A DNA stretch of 61,149 nt, the filler included, from Sphacelaria rigidula (lineage: Eukaryota): the NCBI GenBank assembly GCA_964200075.2. It is 7 parts of 7 records of this genome, joined end to end, with 100 filler letters (N's around TTAATTAATTAA, not from the genome) between each part and the next. Parts side by side here need not be neighbours in the genome. Positions count along the whole stretch, not along the records: positions 35,003 to 43,651 come from CAXNAA020010487.1; positions 43,752 to 52,400 come from CAXNAA020010488.1; positions 52,501 to 61,149 come from CAXNAA020010489.1; 4 more parts are not named here. One strand, written 5' to 3'. Below the pieces are notes generated by a model, which was given only the letters and a program-made list of their open reading frames with translations, was not told the DNA's origin and ran no database searches. Shown in pieces: positions 35,470 through 55,500 of this stretch; the stretch's first letter is position 1, and the number at the start of each line of letters is the position of its first letter. The position numbers were made by a program, and so were the translations under genes.

Positions 35470-38400
35470 ATGTCGTTGCATTCGAGACCCACTCCATCAA
35501 ACCGCCGGCAACAAGGGATCTTTGGATGTTTCAGTCCCCTCAACAGACTTCCCAGTACAGTTGACCGATGTCTACGTCGTAGAAGACGTCAAGTTCAATA
35601 TTTTCTCCCTTTATCACATGCAGGAGCGACATGATATCATTTTGAATTCGACTGGAGTGCATTTATTCAATGGCAGATTACGATTTGACCGCAAATCGCG
35701 AATTTCGTCACAGTTAGCGACGCGTCGTCCCCCCTACAACTTAGAGTCTGATCCCTGAGTACTGTAGTTTCGGCCCCCTCAATCACTGTAGTTTCGCCCT
35801 CCAGTGTAAGGTCATATACACCTACTGTGGCTTCGCCAACCAGTGTACGGTCAGATACACGTACTACTATAAAGTCAGATCTCCCTAAAACTGTCATGGG
35901 CGCGCCTGACCCCCCAAAATGGACAAAAAAAGTGTCACCGACCAAAAGCACGAATAGACACGAACACATCGACTTCTGGGGCTTATGCAGGCTCGTGGGG
36001 TAAAATGTGTCTTACGTCATCGGAAGAGAACGGCATGGACCCAAAATTCATATCGAGAAAGAGTGTACTATTGCATTAAAAAATCAGACCCCTACGGTTA
36101 TTTCCGTTGTTGTTATTCATATATTACATGCCACTGGGTCGCTTTTCATACGCGCTTGCGATACCCTGTCATGCAAGGAGGCTGGTTGGGTTGAACAAAC
36201 CCAACGCACACCGAGAACACTCGGACAAGGGCGGTACATACGTTCCCTGCAGAAAGTGAGGCCTTGGTAGACCCCAAATCGGCGCCTGTGGCACCGATTT
36301 TAACGAAAACGCGTTTTGCGCAGCCGAGGAGCACACGGGATCGTCAGCCCTACTAAAATTCCGATTCTCGTTGTACACACTCAACAAAAGTAATATTAAC
36401 CATGAACATTTGTAGCCCAACGCTGGTAACTGAAACCAGGAAGCTAAATGTTTTTTTGGGGGGGTGCGGATCGAAGTTGGGTCAACATGATGTGCTCAAA
36501 GTGTGACAAAGCCAGATGTAGTGGGGAACTTAAACGACGACGGACCTTACATAGACGAGTGGAGTACAAATAGTCACCGGGTGTGTACTGTGGGCTGGGC
36601 GAGTGTTGGTCCACCACCTCGTCATGGTTCGAGGAGCTTGATTTATCGGCTGCCATGATTACAAACCTTTTGTCGGACGAATGACTCGCGTTTCAAAGTG
36701 TACTTGTTGTTCCGTGGGCATGGCTTTTCATTTGATCAACATGATATTAATAAGCTCTTTGACCGCGACGGTTGGTCACATGTTAAATCGGCATCATGTT
36801 TCACTCAAAAAAGGTATGCATGGTCCAGATGGACTACCCTCGCGGTGTAGACTCCAAATATGTGTTGCAAGAGGGAATGAAAACAAACGGTCGTCCGTTA
36901 CCCACCAGTACGGGTACAACAGATGCGTGTCCCAGGACCGGTGGGTCCACTGAAAGACATGAATGAAACTTCGGTGTCATGTGGCTTCAGCGAAAGTGGG
37001 CGGACGACTTCATGCTGTCTTTTGGGTCGTCTTGAAGGAGTATACTTTACCATTCGGGGGGGAGGGGGTAAGTTGGTTCATTTTGATCGTCGTGTGGAAA
37101 CCGATGTCCGGATATTTCATGGGGGCTGTGCTCCTAGCATGCCCATAACGCGTTTTTGTCTGAATCGGCGCCTGCGGCGCCGATTTCAGCTCTGGCAACG
37201 CACTCTTTGCCCAGGCAACGCGTTGTACCCCCCTTGCCCGAGGATTCTCGGTATGCCTTCGTTGTGGTTAGGGTCAGGGCTAGTGTTATAACTTGTTCTC
37301 TCCGCTGATGCGAGGTCGCAAAGATGATTCTAGCTTCTGGGGGTTCGGTCGAAGGTTTGTTCAAATTCTACACCTGCCGAACATTCCACATATCTGATGT
37401 ATCAAGCATCTGCACTATCAAGAGTCATTAATGGGTATCATCTGTTTTGAGGCCGTTAGACAGGGGTGAGGTTTTCGCGTTTTGTGGAGACTGGCCAGGG
37501 TTGGAGACGCGTGTTTGCGATCATAGTCCAATCTGTCTCGGAGAATACTCATCGCCACGGTCATCGATTGGGATGCGACGTTTTGCATCATCTGCTCCAA
37601 GACGACAGCTACAATTGTACTGAATGAATTTGTTCATTTCATCAGGATACGAGTTTTATGACGAATCAAGTGAAAACAAAACGCGTTTTTTTTGCGATTT
37701 TCTCGATCACCGTAACGTCTTTGGTAAAACCAACCAGTACGATGGTAGCTTGGACAAATACACGCCAGTGAGTAGCCGAGCCACGCCGTTGTTCGAACTC
37801 CGGAGCGAGTAAATTTTGAAACCGTAAAATAGAAACCCTGCTCAAATCAATAGTATTTTGAGGGATTTTCCGGCGTGCATAGTCAGGGGATGAACGACAT
37901 CTCCGATCTGTTCGTGCTTTTGGTCGGTGACGCTTTTTAGGCTCATTTTGGAGGGTCAGGCGCGTCCATAACTGTAGAGTCTTTACGTGCTACGGTAGAG
38001 TCTTCACCGGCAGCTGCCCGGACTGTTTGCGATGAATCTGGTTCCCGGAATTCTGCCCTAGAATTTTCCCCGGTGCATCATGCGCCCAATGTTACTGTAG
38101 CGTCTTGTTGTCAACCCCCGAGTGAGGAAAGAGATAGTTTTCATTCTCTCCCCAGTATTCGCTCACGCCATTGTTCCGCCGTAGGCGTTGTGTCTCCTCC
38201 CCTCGGTTTCTTTGTCCAGTCCTCGTCCGCTACAAGCGTTATGCCTGACACATCAGGTGTTGGTATCCAGTCTGGTTCCCCCGCAAGTGGTGTACCTTTA
38301 GTGCGACCTGTTCCGTGTGTATGTTACAGATTTATTGGTCATTTTCCAGTCGACTAGGTTCCATGTGTCATACTTTGTCATGGTTGGTACCTGATGGGTC

Positions 38401-38560
38401 ATACTACATTGTGTGATTGGATTGAGCAGCCTGCCCCCCCGTGTTACAGCGTTTTGGACTATGCATCTCCACTAGCAAAGCACAGGTTAGCCTGTACGCC
38501 AATAATACAAGAACATCTACGCCATCACGGACTGCGATCTCAGAGGATTCTCTGGTCTTC
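35470..38560 (+). mobile_element. Ty1/copia-like retrotransposon relic (post-protease region), split by a 2-kb TIR insertion at 35895..37970
   Basis: VQLTDVYVVEDVKFNIFSL..HLFNGRLRF resembles the copia post-protease 'LxDVxxVxxLxxNLxS' motif. It is followed by T/V/S/P-rich repeats that continue in frame after the insertion is removed. Confidence 0.55.
35895..37970. mobile_element. Non-autonomous TIR DNA transposon (~2.08 kb) with ~63-bp TIRs
   Basis: Left end CATGGGCGCGCCTGACCCCCCAAAATGG..GTCACCGACCAAAAGCACGAA matches the reverse complement of the right end; ACTGT is duplicated on both flanks. Confidence 0.85.
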
Positions 38561-39031
38561 ACTACATGTAAGCCTGACCTCCATGCAACATAATATGATG
38601 TTGTGCTGCCTCCGGCGACCACGGCATGCCACCTGACCACTGGGGCGGTGGCTGACTCTACACTTGGTAACGTCGAGCTCCAATGGATTCGATACTAATG
38701 ATTGTGTTTGGGGCCCGCTAGCCTGGCGCGCACTGAACTGGCACCATTCCCACCTAGGCGGTAAGTATCGAACCATGACATGGTGTCCAACCCGTGCTTG
38801 TGTAGAGCCAACACTGGCATGCTCCGACCACAAACTTTCGGAGGGGAGGGTTTTCTGGCGTGTGGGTCGGATGAGGTAAAATGTTACTTCTTTTATATAG
38901 AGTAAACAGTGTGCCTGTTCATAAATTGTAGTTTCCACAGCGTATCTTACCTGCAACATCATTTAGCATGTAGTAGACAGTGCTTTTGAAGTTCACGACT
39001 CAGTGTCACTGGGATGTTTGAATAGCATATA

Positions 39032-40314
39032 CAGTGCACATGTGGACAAATAGCACCCTGTAGGACGAGCTGCACAGGGTTCTCCACAGTCTTTGTGAAA
39101 ACCCCTGTGCAGCATTTGCAAACCCTAGTACCTGTAGTAGCATTTTGCATAGCGTTTTTGTTGAAACCCTGCAAGCAACCCTGTGGAAAGGCCTTCCCAA
39201 TTTCGAAAACTCCAAATTATTTTTGGTATAAAATCTGTAATTGTTTTTTTTGGAATTTATCTCGGACAACAGGAAAAGCTATTCAAAACAAATCCTTTTT
39301 TCGCCCATTTAAATTGGGCAAAAAAAGGATATATTTCGAACAGCAGAAGAACCTATTCAAAGTAGATCCTTTTTTCGCCCATTTAAATTGGGCAAAAAAA
39401 GGATCTATTTTGAACAGCTTATTCTGCTGCGCAAATCCCATGCACACTGGCAGAGTTGGAATTAGAACAGCAGAAGAAGCTCAAAATAAATCTTCATTTT
39501 GCCCTTCAATTTTATTCGCAAATTTCTGGAAAAGAGATTCATTGCAAGCAGCATCAGCTGTGCATATCCCGCTTACTGCACCGATACCAGCGTATGGGAT
39601 CATATACGCGACAAAAGTTGTTGAGAGCAATTCATGCCACAGCCCCAAAGGATGAATAATATATCTCAACAAGTTTCGCTGAGTAGAAATCCCACACATT
39701 GGTTACGTGTGTATGTCCGCACCTGTGCTTCAAGCACAAACTTGGCGTGATATGATGCTAGAGGAACGTTATATACTTTGCATATCAGTGTATATTGCTT
39801 TTGAAAACCCCGTGGTGCGCAGTCTACCAAAATCACTCAACCGAGTATGTTTTTGTTTTGAGAGGTTTTTGCTTGATAGTTAATTGAAGCACAACATATG
39901 TTGCACGTTACAAGAAGCCAGGTAGCTCAATGTGCACACTGACGCACTCCACAGCACAGAATCGTGATTTCGATTCCCAGTGCTAAAATTTCTTGACCGT
40001 TTTATTCTTCCAGTGCCATGCCCATTCTGTAGGGAGTATATTGTATGTGCGCTGCAAAGGCTGTACAGCATATTAACAGCGATGACTTCTACACGGAGTG
40101 ACGAAACCCTGTGCAGCGCCCTGTGTGGCACAAAATAATACCCTATAGTCAAATCCCCGCGAGAAACCCTGCACAATTTCCCTGAAACCCTGTGAAGCGT
40201 CCTGTGGGGCGCAAAAAAATAAACTACAGCCAGATCCCCGCGAAAAACACTGCACAGTTCCCTGAACCCTGTAGACGTGCCCCACAGGGTGCTATTTGTC
40301 CACGTGTGTGAGCG
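39032..40314. mobile_element. TA-flanked TIR element with subterminal AAACCCTG repeats and internal palindromes
   Basis: ..GTGGACAAATAGCACCCTGT is inverted at both ends; TA on both flanks. Confidence 0.75.
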
Positions 40315-40739
40315 TACTATGAGGGTACGCTGCTTCGGCTCTTCGCACTCTTTCGCTCTGTCGTCTACTTACCATACGTACGTTGAGCATAAGAAGTTGA
40401 GCATGGGCTATGTAGTTTGTTCTTGTCGTGGTACTCTTTGTCCCTCCCTGGTTTTGCCCCGCGGATGCCCTGCGCTTCGTTTTTCCGCCCGCTGCATAAT
40501 TATACCGTACTCATGCACAAACAGATCATCGAGTGATCATAACCAGTTTCTCAACAGTGTCGCGCCCTACGATATGACGGGGGTAACCAGACGTTCGAAG
40601 CGAAATAACCTAGCCGATATAATTCAATGAAAGGCAATACGGTCGAACGAGCATTGGACGAGTTCAACGAACCAGAGGGTCTACAATTACTTCGGGGCGT
40701 TTCGGGACATCAGGCTCCAGACAGCTGCGGAAGTTGTGC

Positions 40740-40937
40740 AGCCGCGTTGTTGTTGTCTGTTGTTGTGGTTTTCGCTGTCGTTCTGTGCTGTTGTTTGTCG
40801 CTGCCGTGCCGCCGCTGTGTGTTGCTGCTGCTCGCCGCACGGCTGTGCTGTTTTTCTGTACTGTTTTTCGTCGCTGCCGCGCCGCCGCTGTGTGTTGTTG
40901 GTTGTTGCTGCTGTGTGTCGTTGTCGTTGTCGTCATT

Positions 40938-40986
<49 letters not shown>

Positions 40987-41150
40987 CTGTTGCTGTTGCT
41001 GTTTGTTGTTCATCTGTTGTCGTTGTTGCCTATTATTACCGTTGCTGCTATTGTTGTGGTTGTCTGCTGCTGCTGCTGCTGCTGTTTCCACCGTGCTTTC
41101 TACTACCCTGGTTTGCTGTTGTTGTCCCGCTTGTTGTGTTGTTTTTGCCT
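40740..41150. repeat. Low-complexity GTT/GCT/GTC tract including a (TGTCGT)n array
   Basis: Visible directly; produces spurious poly-C/V/L ORFs. Confidence 0.9.
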
Positions 41151-43199
41151 CTACCGCCTACTGTCGGCTGTACTTTTCTCGCTTGCTATCGCATCGCATG
41201 TTGTCATGTGCACGCGTATTTTCCGCCCTCATGTTCTTTTTGAAGCTTACTTCGATCTGATCGCACAGTTTTTGTTTTGTCATTGTCGCCTGCATTGTAT
41301 CACCTTCGCCTGACCTACACCTCTTCAGCCATAATATCATCGCTGTACCTAACCAGCAATGATCGTGTTCTAGCTACTCTCCATATTATTTCGGTAGTTT
41401 TGTTACATATTGAATTGGGACAATCAACCCACCATGATCAGTATGTATTTTGCATTTTTATTGTGGCCATGGGGATTTGTGAAATGCACGTGCGGTAAAG
41501 CTTCCAACTTTTTCGATCTTGGTTGATTTCCTTTCATCATGCATTCCAATATTTTCTGCATCTCCGGGTGTCGCGTCTACCATAACTTTCTTTTGAGCCA
41601 CCCGATTGTATTGCGTGTTTTATAATTTTGCGCCGCCGTCGTCTTGCTCTGTAGAGCTGCACGGTTTTTCATTTCATGTTTTGGTAGTTTTGTTTTGTGT
41701 TTGGCGATCGTGATGTTTTTCTTTTGACCGTGCGGGCGTAGGCTATCTGCAGGGCCTTGTCGGTTGCGCTGCCTGTACTCATCATGCTTGAGCAGGATGC
41801 CGCTTGTAATCGTTTCATATATCTGGTTCGCAAGGCCGAAACGCCGAAATTAGCGCCCGGCACACGACATTTTGATCTGCGTCACGTGGTCTAAAACCGA
41901 GCCATATTTTCACGGACTCCAAGACTTTCAACGCATACTAACCGTGCCCTCTAATACTTCCTCCCTTGTTTCACCTACACTCTTGCCTTGGGTGTGTCAC
42001 ATCCCGATGAGGGCCCGATGAGGGAACCGGCGCTGAACGTCATTGATTTGGGGAGGACACGCAGGAAACACTGAACAGTTTGCTCATGACGGTATGTTCT
42101 GGCGTGGAGTGTCAGCAATCTGGCCTGGTATAGCTAATCCCGTGTAACGTTTTGTAGGATTTTGGTGGCGGGGTTATTGTGTTGGTGTCACTTGACATGA
42201 CCTCCATTTTTGTCCCACTCTGGTGATTGATTGTATGGTTTGCTGTTTAACAGGTTGACTTCTTGACGCACCCTGTACCGTAGTTGACTACTACCTTGCC
42301 CCTTCCTGATACCGTAGTTGGATACTACTTTGTTCAGTTGCTTTAAACTTGGCTTTCGATACCATGCAACCACAAATATTTCCGCGCAATGTCTTGTCAT
42401 TACCTATGCAGTACGCAGACTTAGTTTCCCTGCTTTATCGTTTTGCCCTTCATGCCCAGCGTACCATGCAAGTTGACTGCGCGACTACATACCGTGTCTT
42501 CAACAGTTCTTACAGACCCTACATATGGGTTTCAGACACTCAATCCGCTGATGTGGTCGCTGAACCTCTATGGGGGGGGGCGAAGCACGAGTTCAATATT
42601 TTTTGCTGATTGTTGTCGCGCGTGCTCACCCTTTGCCACAAAACAACGCGGCCTTCCACCATAAGAACGCCGCATGATCAGAAAAGAAATGCACAAGCTT
42701 CTTGACCGAGGTGTTGCTCACCCACCTTTCCCCGGCAAAGTTTGTCGACTACACGATTTTATGTTTAGTAAAATTCGCCAAATTCGCCAAATATATCTTA
42801 TTCGAGAACCTAGGGGAGCGGCTGCTGAAATGGTTACAGAATTGTACAAATCTTGGCCTCAGAAAGAGAATGTTTCACGCATACTCTTGGGCAATCGCAC
42901 CCTACCCGACGACCCGACGCCATGCTACCGTCTGACACGTTTCCCTTCGAGTTCGGGACTGACCGCAAACATTACACACGTACCACAGCAGTCTCAAAAA
43001 TAGTAGTGTTCTTTCATATCCACCCACCTCATCTGAAACACTCCATACCCGAAGTGTTTGCGTCCCACTTTGGGGGGACCAGACTGGAGCGCTACACCCA
43101 CATTCCAACTGACCCCTGAATTTGTCCCCGTGTTGGATTGCATTGCCTGAATTTGTCACTGTGCTAGATTATCGAGAACTCTACGATGTTTCAGGCACT

Positions 43200-43651
43200 G
43201 ACGGGTGGGGGAAATGGAAAGACTTAAAGAGGGGGGTGGCGTACTCACTTGTTTCGAGCATCCAAGTAATTCCCCTAGCTGCTGTCATCCGTACTGTTTC
43301 CAACTCCCTCACCAACTTCACTTCATCCGAGTATTTCCTGAGCTGTTGCAATCTGTACTATTTTCATCTTCACTATTTTTATGCATCCAAGTATTTTTTT
43401 CGTGCTGCTATTTGCACCGTTTCCGCATCAAAGTATTCTCTGAGCTGCGGCCAGCTGCACTGTTTCCAGTTTCTTCATCAACTTCACCCCTTGCTTTGCC
43501 ATGTCTAATGCTAGTATCAGGCCATCAAAGAACACCTCGAGTAGAGAGGGTGATAACGTACCTCCTGGTGCGACACCTTGCAAAATATCGACATATTTCG
43601 ATATTTCCCTGTCTGGCATCATCGCACTTTTGGCACATTTCTGTCGTCTTC
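43200..43651 (-). mobile_element. Non-LTR retrotransposon (LINE) reverse transcriptase relic
   Basis: SKYVDILQGVAPGGTLSPSLLEVFFDGL resembles RT 'GVxQGxxLSPxLF' and is fused to post-RT KKLETVQLAAAQRIL; cut by contig end. Confidence 0.75.
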
Positions 43652-43751
43652 NNNNNNNNNNNNNNNNNNNNNNNNNNNNNNNNNNNNNNNNNNNNTTAAT
43701 TAATTAANNNNNNNNNNNNNNNNNNNNNNNNNNNNNNNNNNNNNNNNNNNN

Positions 43752-43843
43752 GTGTGACCCCGGCTGATGCGCCCACATAGACCGAAAGGTGAAGACTGGT
43801 GCCCAGGATAGATGGGACGACAACACATACACACACACACACA
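43752..43843 (+). mobile_element. 3' tail of the same SINE family at contig start
   Basis: GTGTGACCCCGGCTGATGCGCCCAC..ATAGATGGGACGAC-(CA)n. Confidence 0.7.
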
Positions 43844-44322
43844 CCTGTTATTGCTGCATTTTTCTTCAACGTCGATTTCCCGATTCTTGTGAACTAGTCG
43901 TCTGTCTTCTTTCATTATTTCCTCTCTTTCTCTATTACTATTTTTCCGTTTATTGTTCCGACTTTTTGTTCATCATGTCCATCAAGACCGGCCCTTCGTG
44001 TTCGTTCGCGGTTTTCTGTGTATTCCCCTTATTTTATTTTATTTTATATACTTTGCCCTGTGTTGTTATTGCCTGTCGTTCTTGTGCGCGTCTCGTTTTT
44101 TTTCTTCATTTTACTCCGTTTGTCTGTTCGATTTGTCTTCCTTCGCCTTGTCCCTCTCTCAAGTTTCCTTGACCAGGGCGAGTCTCTCCATTTCCTTGAC
44201 CTTGAGTGCAGTACATCTATCTTGTGGATCATGATCACGACTACATGCATGTGGATCATGACCCTCGAGCATCAGTCCATGGGCGACAATCAATCCATCA
44301 ATCATGTGAAATAAGTACGTAC

Positions 44323-51087
<6,765 letters not shown>

Positions 51088-52076
51088 GATGCACTAGCAA
51101 CCCCTCAACAGCTGACCGTAACCAGGCCGCCAGTCGCCTCAAGAAAATGCAGCTGGTGCTACACGGTATTTCTCGGAACAGTATTTAGCGAGTACAGTAG
51201 GGACAGAAGATCGATCAGAATGCCACCGGCACCCACTGTACCGGCTGCACTGCAGTGTACTACTGTAAAATTTTATGTGAGCACAGGGACTGACTGTAAC
51301 CCTCTCTTCTCCAAAAGAACCTCCACTAGCACGGCCTGCTCTAGCTTCGCGCGCCCAGATTCAAATGTTCATTAATACTTTTCGTATCTCACACTAGGTC
51401 ATTTTGTTCAGTTCCCGATGTTCACAATCGAATTTCGCCGAGGTCGGTGGCAGGGAAGATATATGTACAATAGTATATATATATACTTACGCCCTTCAGC
51501 CCTATCACATGAGGGTTAGCGCGTCAATGTTTTATGCTATATACTTTAGTCCTCATATCTTGCTTTCGCAGGAGAACACATGCATGGTATAATTATAAAA
51601 TCTGTGGAATCTGTCTCTTTGAGAAACGCACGATAGGAAAATGCCGCTCAGCTACCGAGTAAATGGGTATGTTCCACAAGTCGGACAACTCGTGAGATAG
51701 CTCAGTTGCTTTTATCTTGTATAACTCACCCGACCGAGATATCCACCGCTGATTGATGTTGTATAACTCGCCCGACCAAGATATGCACCGCTGATTTTTT
51801 TTGTATAACTCACCCGGCCAGAAAACGCCCCAATGAGTTATTACGTCACTATAACTCACTAGTGAGTTATTATGGGGAAAATAGTAGACTCAAGTTAACC
51901 TGAGTTGAGTTGTCCGACGTGTGGTGATTTTTCACCAGCTGGTAGGCCTTTGTCCGGTAGGACTATTTCTTAAATGAGTAATATTATGTACCGTAGTACG
52001 TCTTTGAGGCATGACATAAACTAAATGTCGAGGTAGTAGTATAACACGAAAATGACGGCAAAGAGGAGAGACATTT

Positions 52077-52400
52077 AACACTTTATTCGTGAGATTCAGA
52101 ACGTAGTTTCAGATTCAGAGTGGATGCTCTATAGCGTTCCTAACAGGCAACTTTTTTTTTTTTTTGCTTGAGCACACGTCCTGTGCATGCAGCTACCGTA
52201 CAGTACCCCATTCGAGGAATTCGGCGGTCTGGTTGGTGAGATACCGCACAAAGCATTTTTACACTTGGGGGGCATTTCGGAACTGAAACTGTTTCAGGAA
52301 CTAATGATCGTTTTTTCCTGAAAGAGGGGATCTTTTGTTGCAATGCACTGACTACGTCGTTGCGATCAAGTGATGTGTCAAATTGATCGTGTAGGTGACA
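52077..52400. repeat. Interspersed repeat copy A (contig 6 end)
   Basis: Highly similar to 60834..61149. Confidence 0.9.
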
Positions 52401-52548
52401 NNNNNNNNNNNNNNNNNNNNNNNNNNNNNNNNNNNNNNNNNNNNTTAATTAATTAANNNNNNNNNNNNNNNNNNNNNNNNNNNNNNNNNNNNNNNNNNNN
52501 CACTTCAACCCCATATTTTGTATGAACCCCATTTTCTAGGATCCACTG

Positions 52549-55500
52549 TTTATTGGCGCCCAAATGAATCGATGCCTGTGAATGACATTCGTATAGAACC
52601 CATGGGCGCAGGAGCATCGGGACATAGATGCGGATGGGTTCATTACCTAGCAAGCGGGCATATCGTTGTAGGCTTCCCCCTGGGGAGGGCTGCTGTGGGC
52701 CGGCAAACTAACAGAACTATACCCTCATCATCCGTATGCAGCATACCTTTCCGCGCAAGTTCAGTAACTTAATCCTGTGTGGGGGATTTGAGGTTCCCGA
52801 CGGGCAAAACAAATTCGGTTCTGAGAATGGACACGGGAAACCTTTGGATAGATGATGGATAGCTGATTTATAAGCATGTTCTGCCTGTTGTTCCCGGGCC
52901 CAATCGGCGTGGGAGAAGAGTGCCAAACGTTCCTTGAATACGCCATCTGTTGAAGCGTCTACTTCGCGTTGGGTCGGTTCGGGGCGAGGTTGACACGAAG
53001 CGGTCATCTCGGAATCAAGGGTGAGCCTACCAGGTGGTGTATTCTCAGACGGAACGTTAACGTCTACTCCTGCGTCGATTAACGTGGTGGGTGTTGTGGT
53101 GGTGTTTGCAATATCATCACCAAGGGAAGGGGGTATAGCCGTGGTTTCGGCTATGGTTGGCAGGGGCGGCACGGTCGGGGTCGATTATCTGGGGGTCTTG
53201 CGTCGTGGAAGTTGAGGAGGCGCAAGGAAATCATCGGGGACCGGGGTGGTGGCAGGGAGGGAAAGGTCAGGACCAGATACGGCTAATTTGGTGGCCGTTT
53301 CGGCGGTCCGCCGCCCACAAGTCCTACTCGAAATCAAATCTCGAATCTGAACTGGTAAGACGGAGTCAGCAAAGGACGGTTCTACACCTGCTGCGAAAAC
53401 CATGCGCTGGCCAGTTGCACGAAAATGATCATAGCCAACAGTATTCGTAGACGGTCCATTCTAAACTGAGTACAACGATTGAGGTTTCAAGCTGCCCAGA
53501 ACTGATGCGTGGGCTGTGGTCGTCAGCCCACCCATGCCTAAAGCCGGCGTTTCTCTCAGTGAAAGTGGTGTGTAGAGACCTTTACGTCCATTCCTGCTAA
53601 TGAATTATACAATGTCTTCGGTGGGATCGGTGAAACGTCCCATGGGGGATTCATCGATAGGTTGAGCCGGTGTGGGCAAGCGTGACAGAAAGTCGGTGTT
53701 TGCATCTTGCGGGTCTGTGCGATATTTCAACTGGAAGTTGTAAGACGACAGGATTACGAACCAGCGTTGTACCCTAGCGTTGCGTTCCGCCATTTTGGCG
53801 AGGCTTACAAAGACTTATGATCCGTATCTCGTTCCACGATAGACCAGTTCTGTTCATTTGGAAAAGTGGTGCGACTCAGATATACAATGGGACGAACAGT
53901 AGCATCGTCTTGCTCCTGTTCTGATGTGCAGTCAAACCCAATTTTGGAAGAATCTGTGTGGAGACGGAAGAGGCGGGAACCATGCTCCGCTGCCGACCAG
54001 TCGGGGAAGACGAGAATCGGCGGGCGCGAAAGGGTGTCAAGAAGACGGCGGACGGTTTCCATTTCCGATGTGAACACAAAGTTCACCCCTTTTTTGAGGA
54101 GGGTGGTGAGGGGTTTTAGCGTTTGGGCAAGGTTTGGCAAGTACTGTCTGTAGTAGCTTAGACCTCCCAACAAGGAACACAGTTGAGAAATGTCCCGTGG
54201 CATGGGCATATCGGCGAGTGCGACGACCTTGTCGAGGTTTGGGCTACGACCTTCGGGGGTGATGCAATGGCCCAAGAACTCAATCTTCGTGGCGCCAATG
54301 CGGGATTTGGAGGGGGCGAGTTTCAAGTTGTGTTGTCCAAACCGATTAAAGAATGATGCCAACTGTTCGACGTGTTCGGCCGGTGTGCAGTCTTGGTACA
54401 CCGCATCATCAAGGTACATATGGCATTTGGGCAATCCATCAGTCACACGGAACATTACAGGTTGAAACGCACCTGGGGCTCCGGGGGCACCTTGTGGTGT
54501 TACCAGCCACTCGTACAAGCCTGATGACGTACAAAACGCTGTCAGTTCAATGGAATTCGGATCCATCACGAGTTGGTGGTAGCCGGATTGCATGTCAAAG
54601 TTCGAAAATACCTTACCCCCGCTAAGGGAGTCAATAATTTAATCAATTCGTGGAAGTGGCAGCCTGGCGATTTTGGTGACTGCGTTCAATCGTTGATAAT
54701 TGACCGTCAGTCTGATTTTGCCATTCTTCTTGCGGACGACTGCTAAAAGCGAGGCCCACGGAGATGTCGAGTGCTGAATTAAACTGGCAGATAAGTAACA
54801 ATCGAGAATTACCTGGATCTTATCCGCTACGAGGGGGTTCGTACGGTACGGACGCATAGCGATAGGCGGAGGGCCATCAGGGATTTTGATCTTGAACGGT
54901 GTCGTGATACATCGACCTAAATCCAAGGGTGCAGTAGCAAACCGTTCAGAATATCTAATCAAGATGAATCTCAATCTATCGATTACAGTGGGTGTCCAAC
55001 CATCGCCGGATAGATAAAAAACAATATGCCGCAAATGAGGAGGGATGTCATCCCACAACGTTTGAAAACTGGCGCGTTCTTCTGGGGAAAATCTATTCAG
55101 TAATGCAGCCGGGGGTTCAGGTTCAGGTGCCTCTGGTGAATTTGTCACCACCATGGGGTCAGGCATATGTAGCGGAGGGGGGGGCGTAATGTTCGGGGGG
55201 TCGGTTGACAAGTTGGTTTCCGTAGGGGGGCACACGTCTGACAGGGCAGTTTGTAGGAGAGGCGCTTGAGCATAACCCAATAACTGTCCGTTGAGTATAT
55301 CAAAACATGCAGGGGACGTGATGTGAATGGCCTGCCTTCCTTCATGAACAAAGACTTTGGTCTGTTCAAACGGACCAACCTGTGATTGGTCAGGCTTGAG
55401 CAATTCGACCAAATAATGTCCTGTGAGGGTGATCGATCCATTGCGTCTCACGAGGTTCACATGGATAAGTTGGGGTTCACGAGAAAGCGAGACAACAGAT

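Noticed and set aside
40627-41313. Cys/Val/Leu-rich ORFs resembling membrane or metallothionein-like proteins
   Set aside because: Translations of a simple-sequence tract that is open in several frames
42188-43120. Possible LINE 3' end and Gypsy fragments (MIRKEMHKLLDRGV)
   Set aside because: Too short and degenerate to assign reliably by eye
51720-51830. CRISPR-like repeat array
   Set aside because: Whole units repeat with no unique spacers; no cas genes; eukaryotic context
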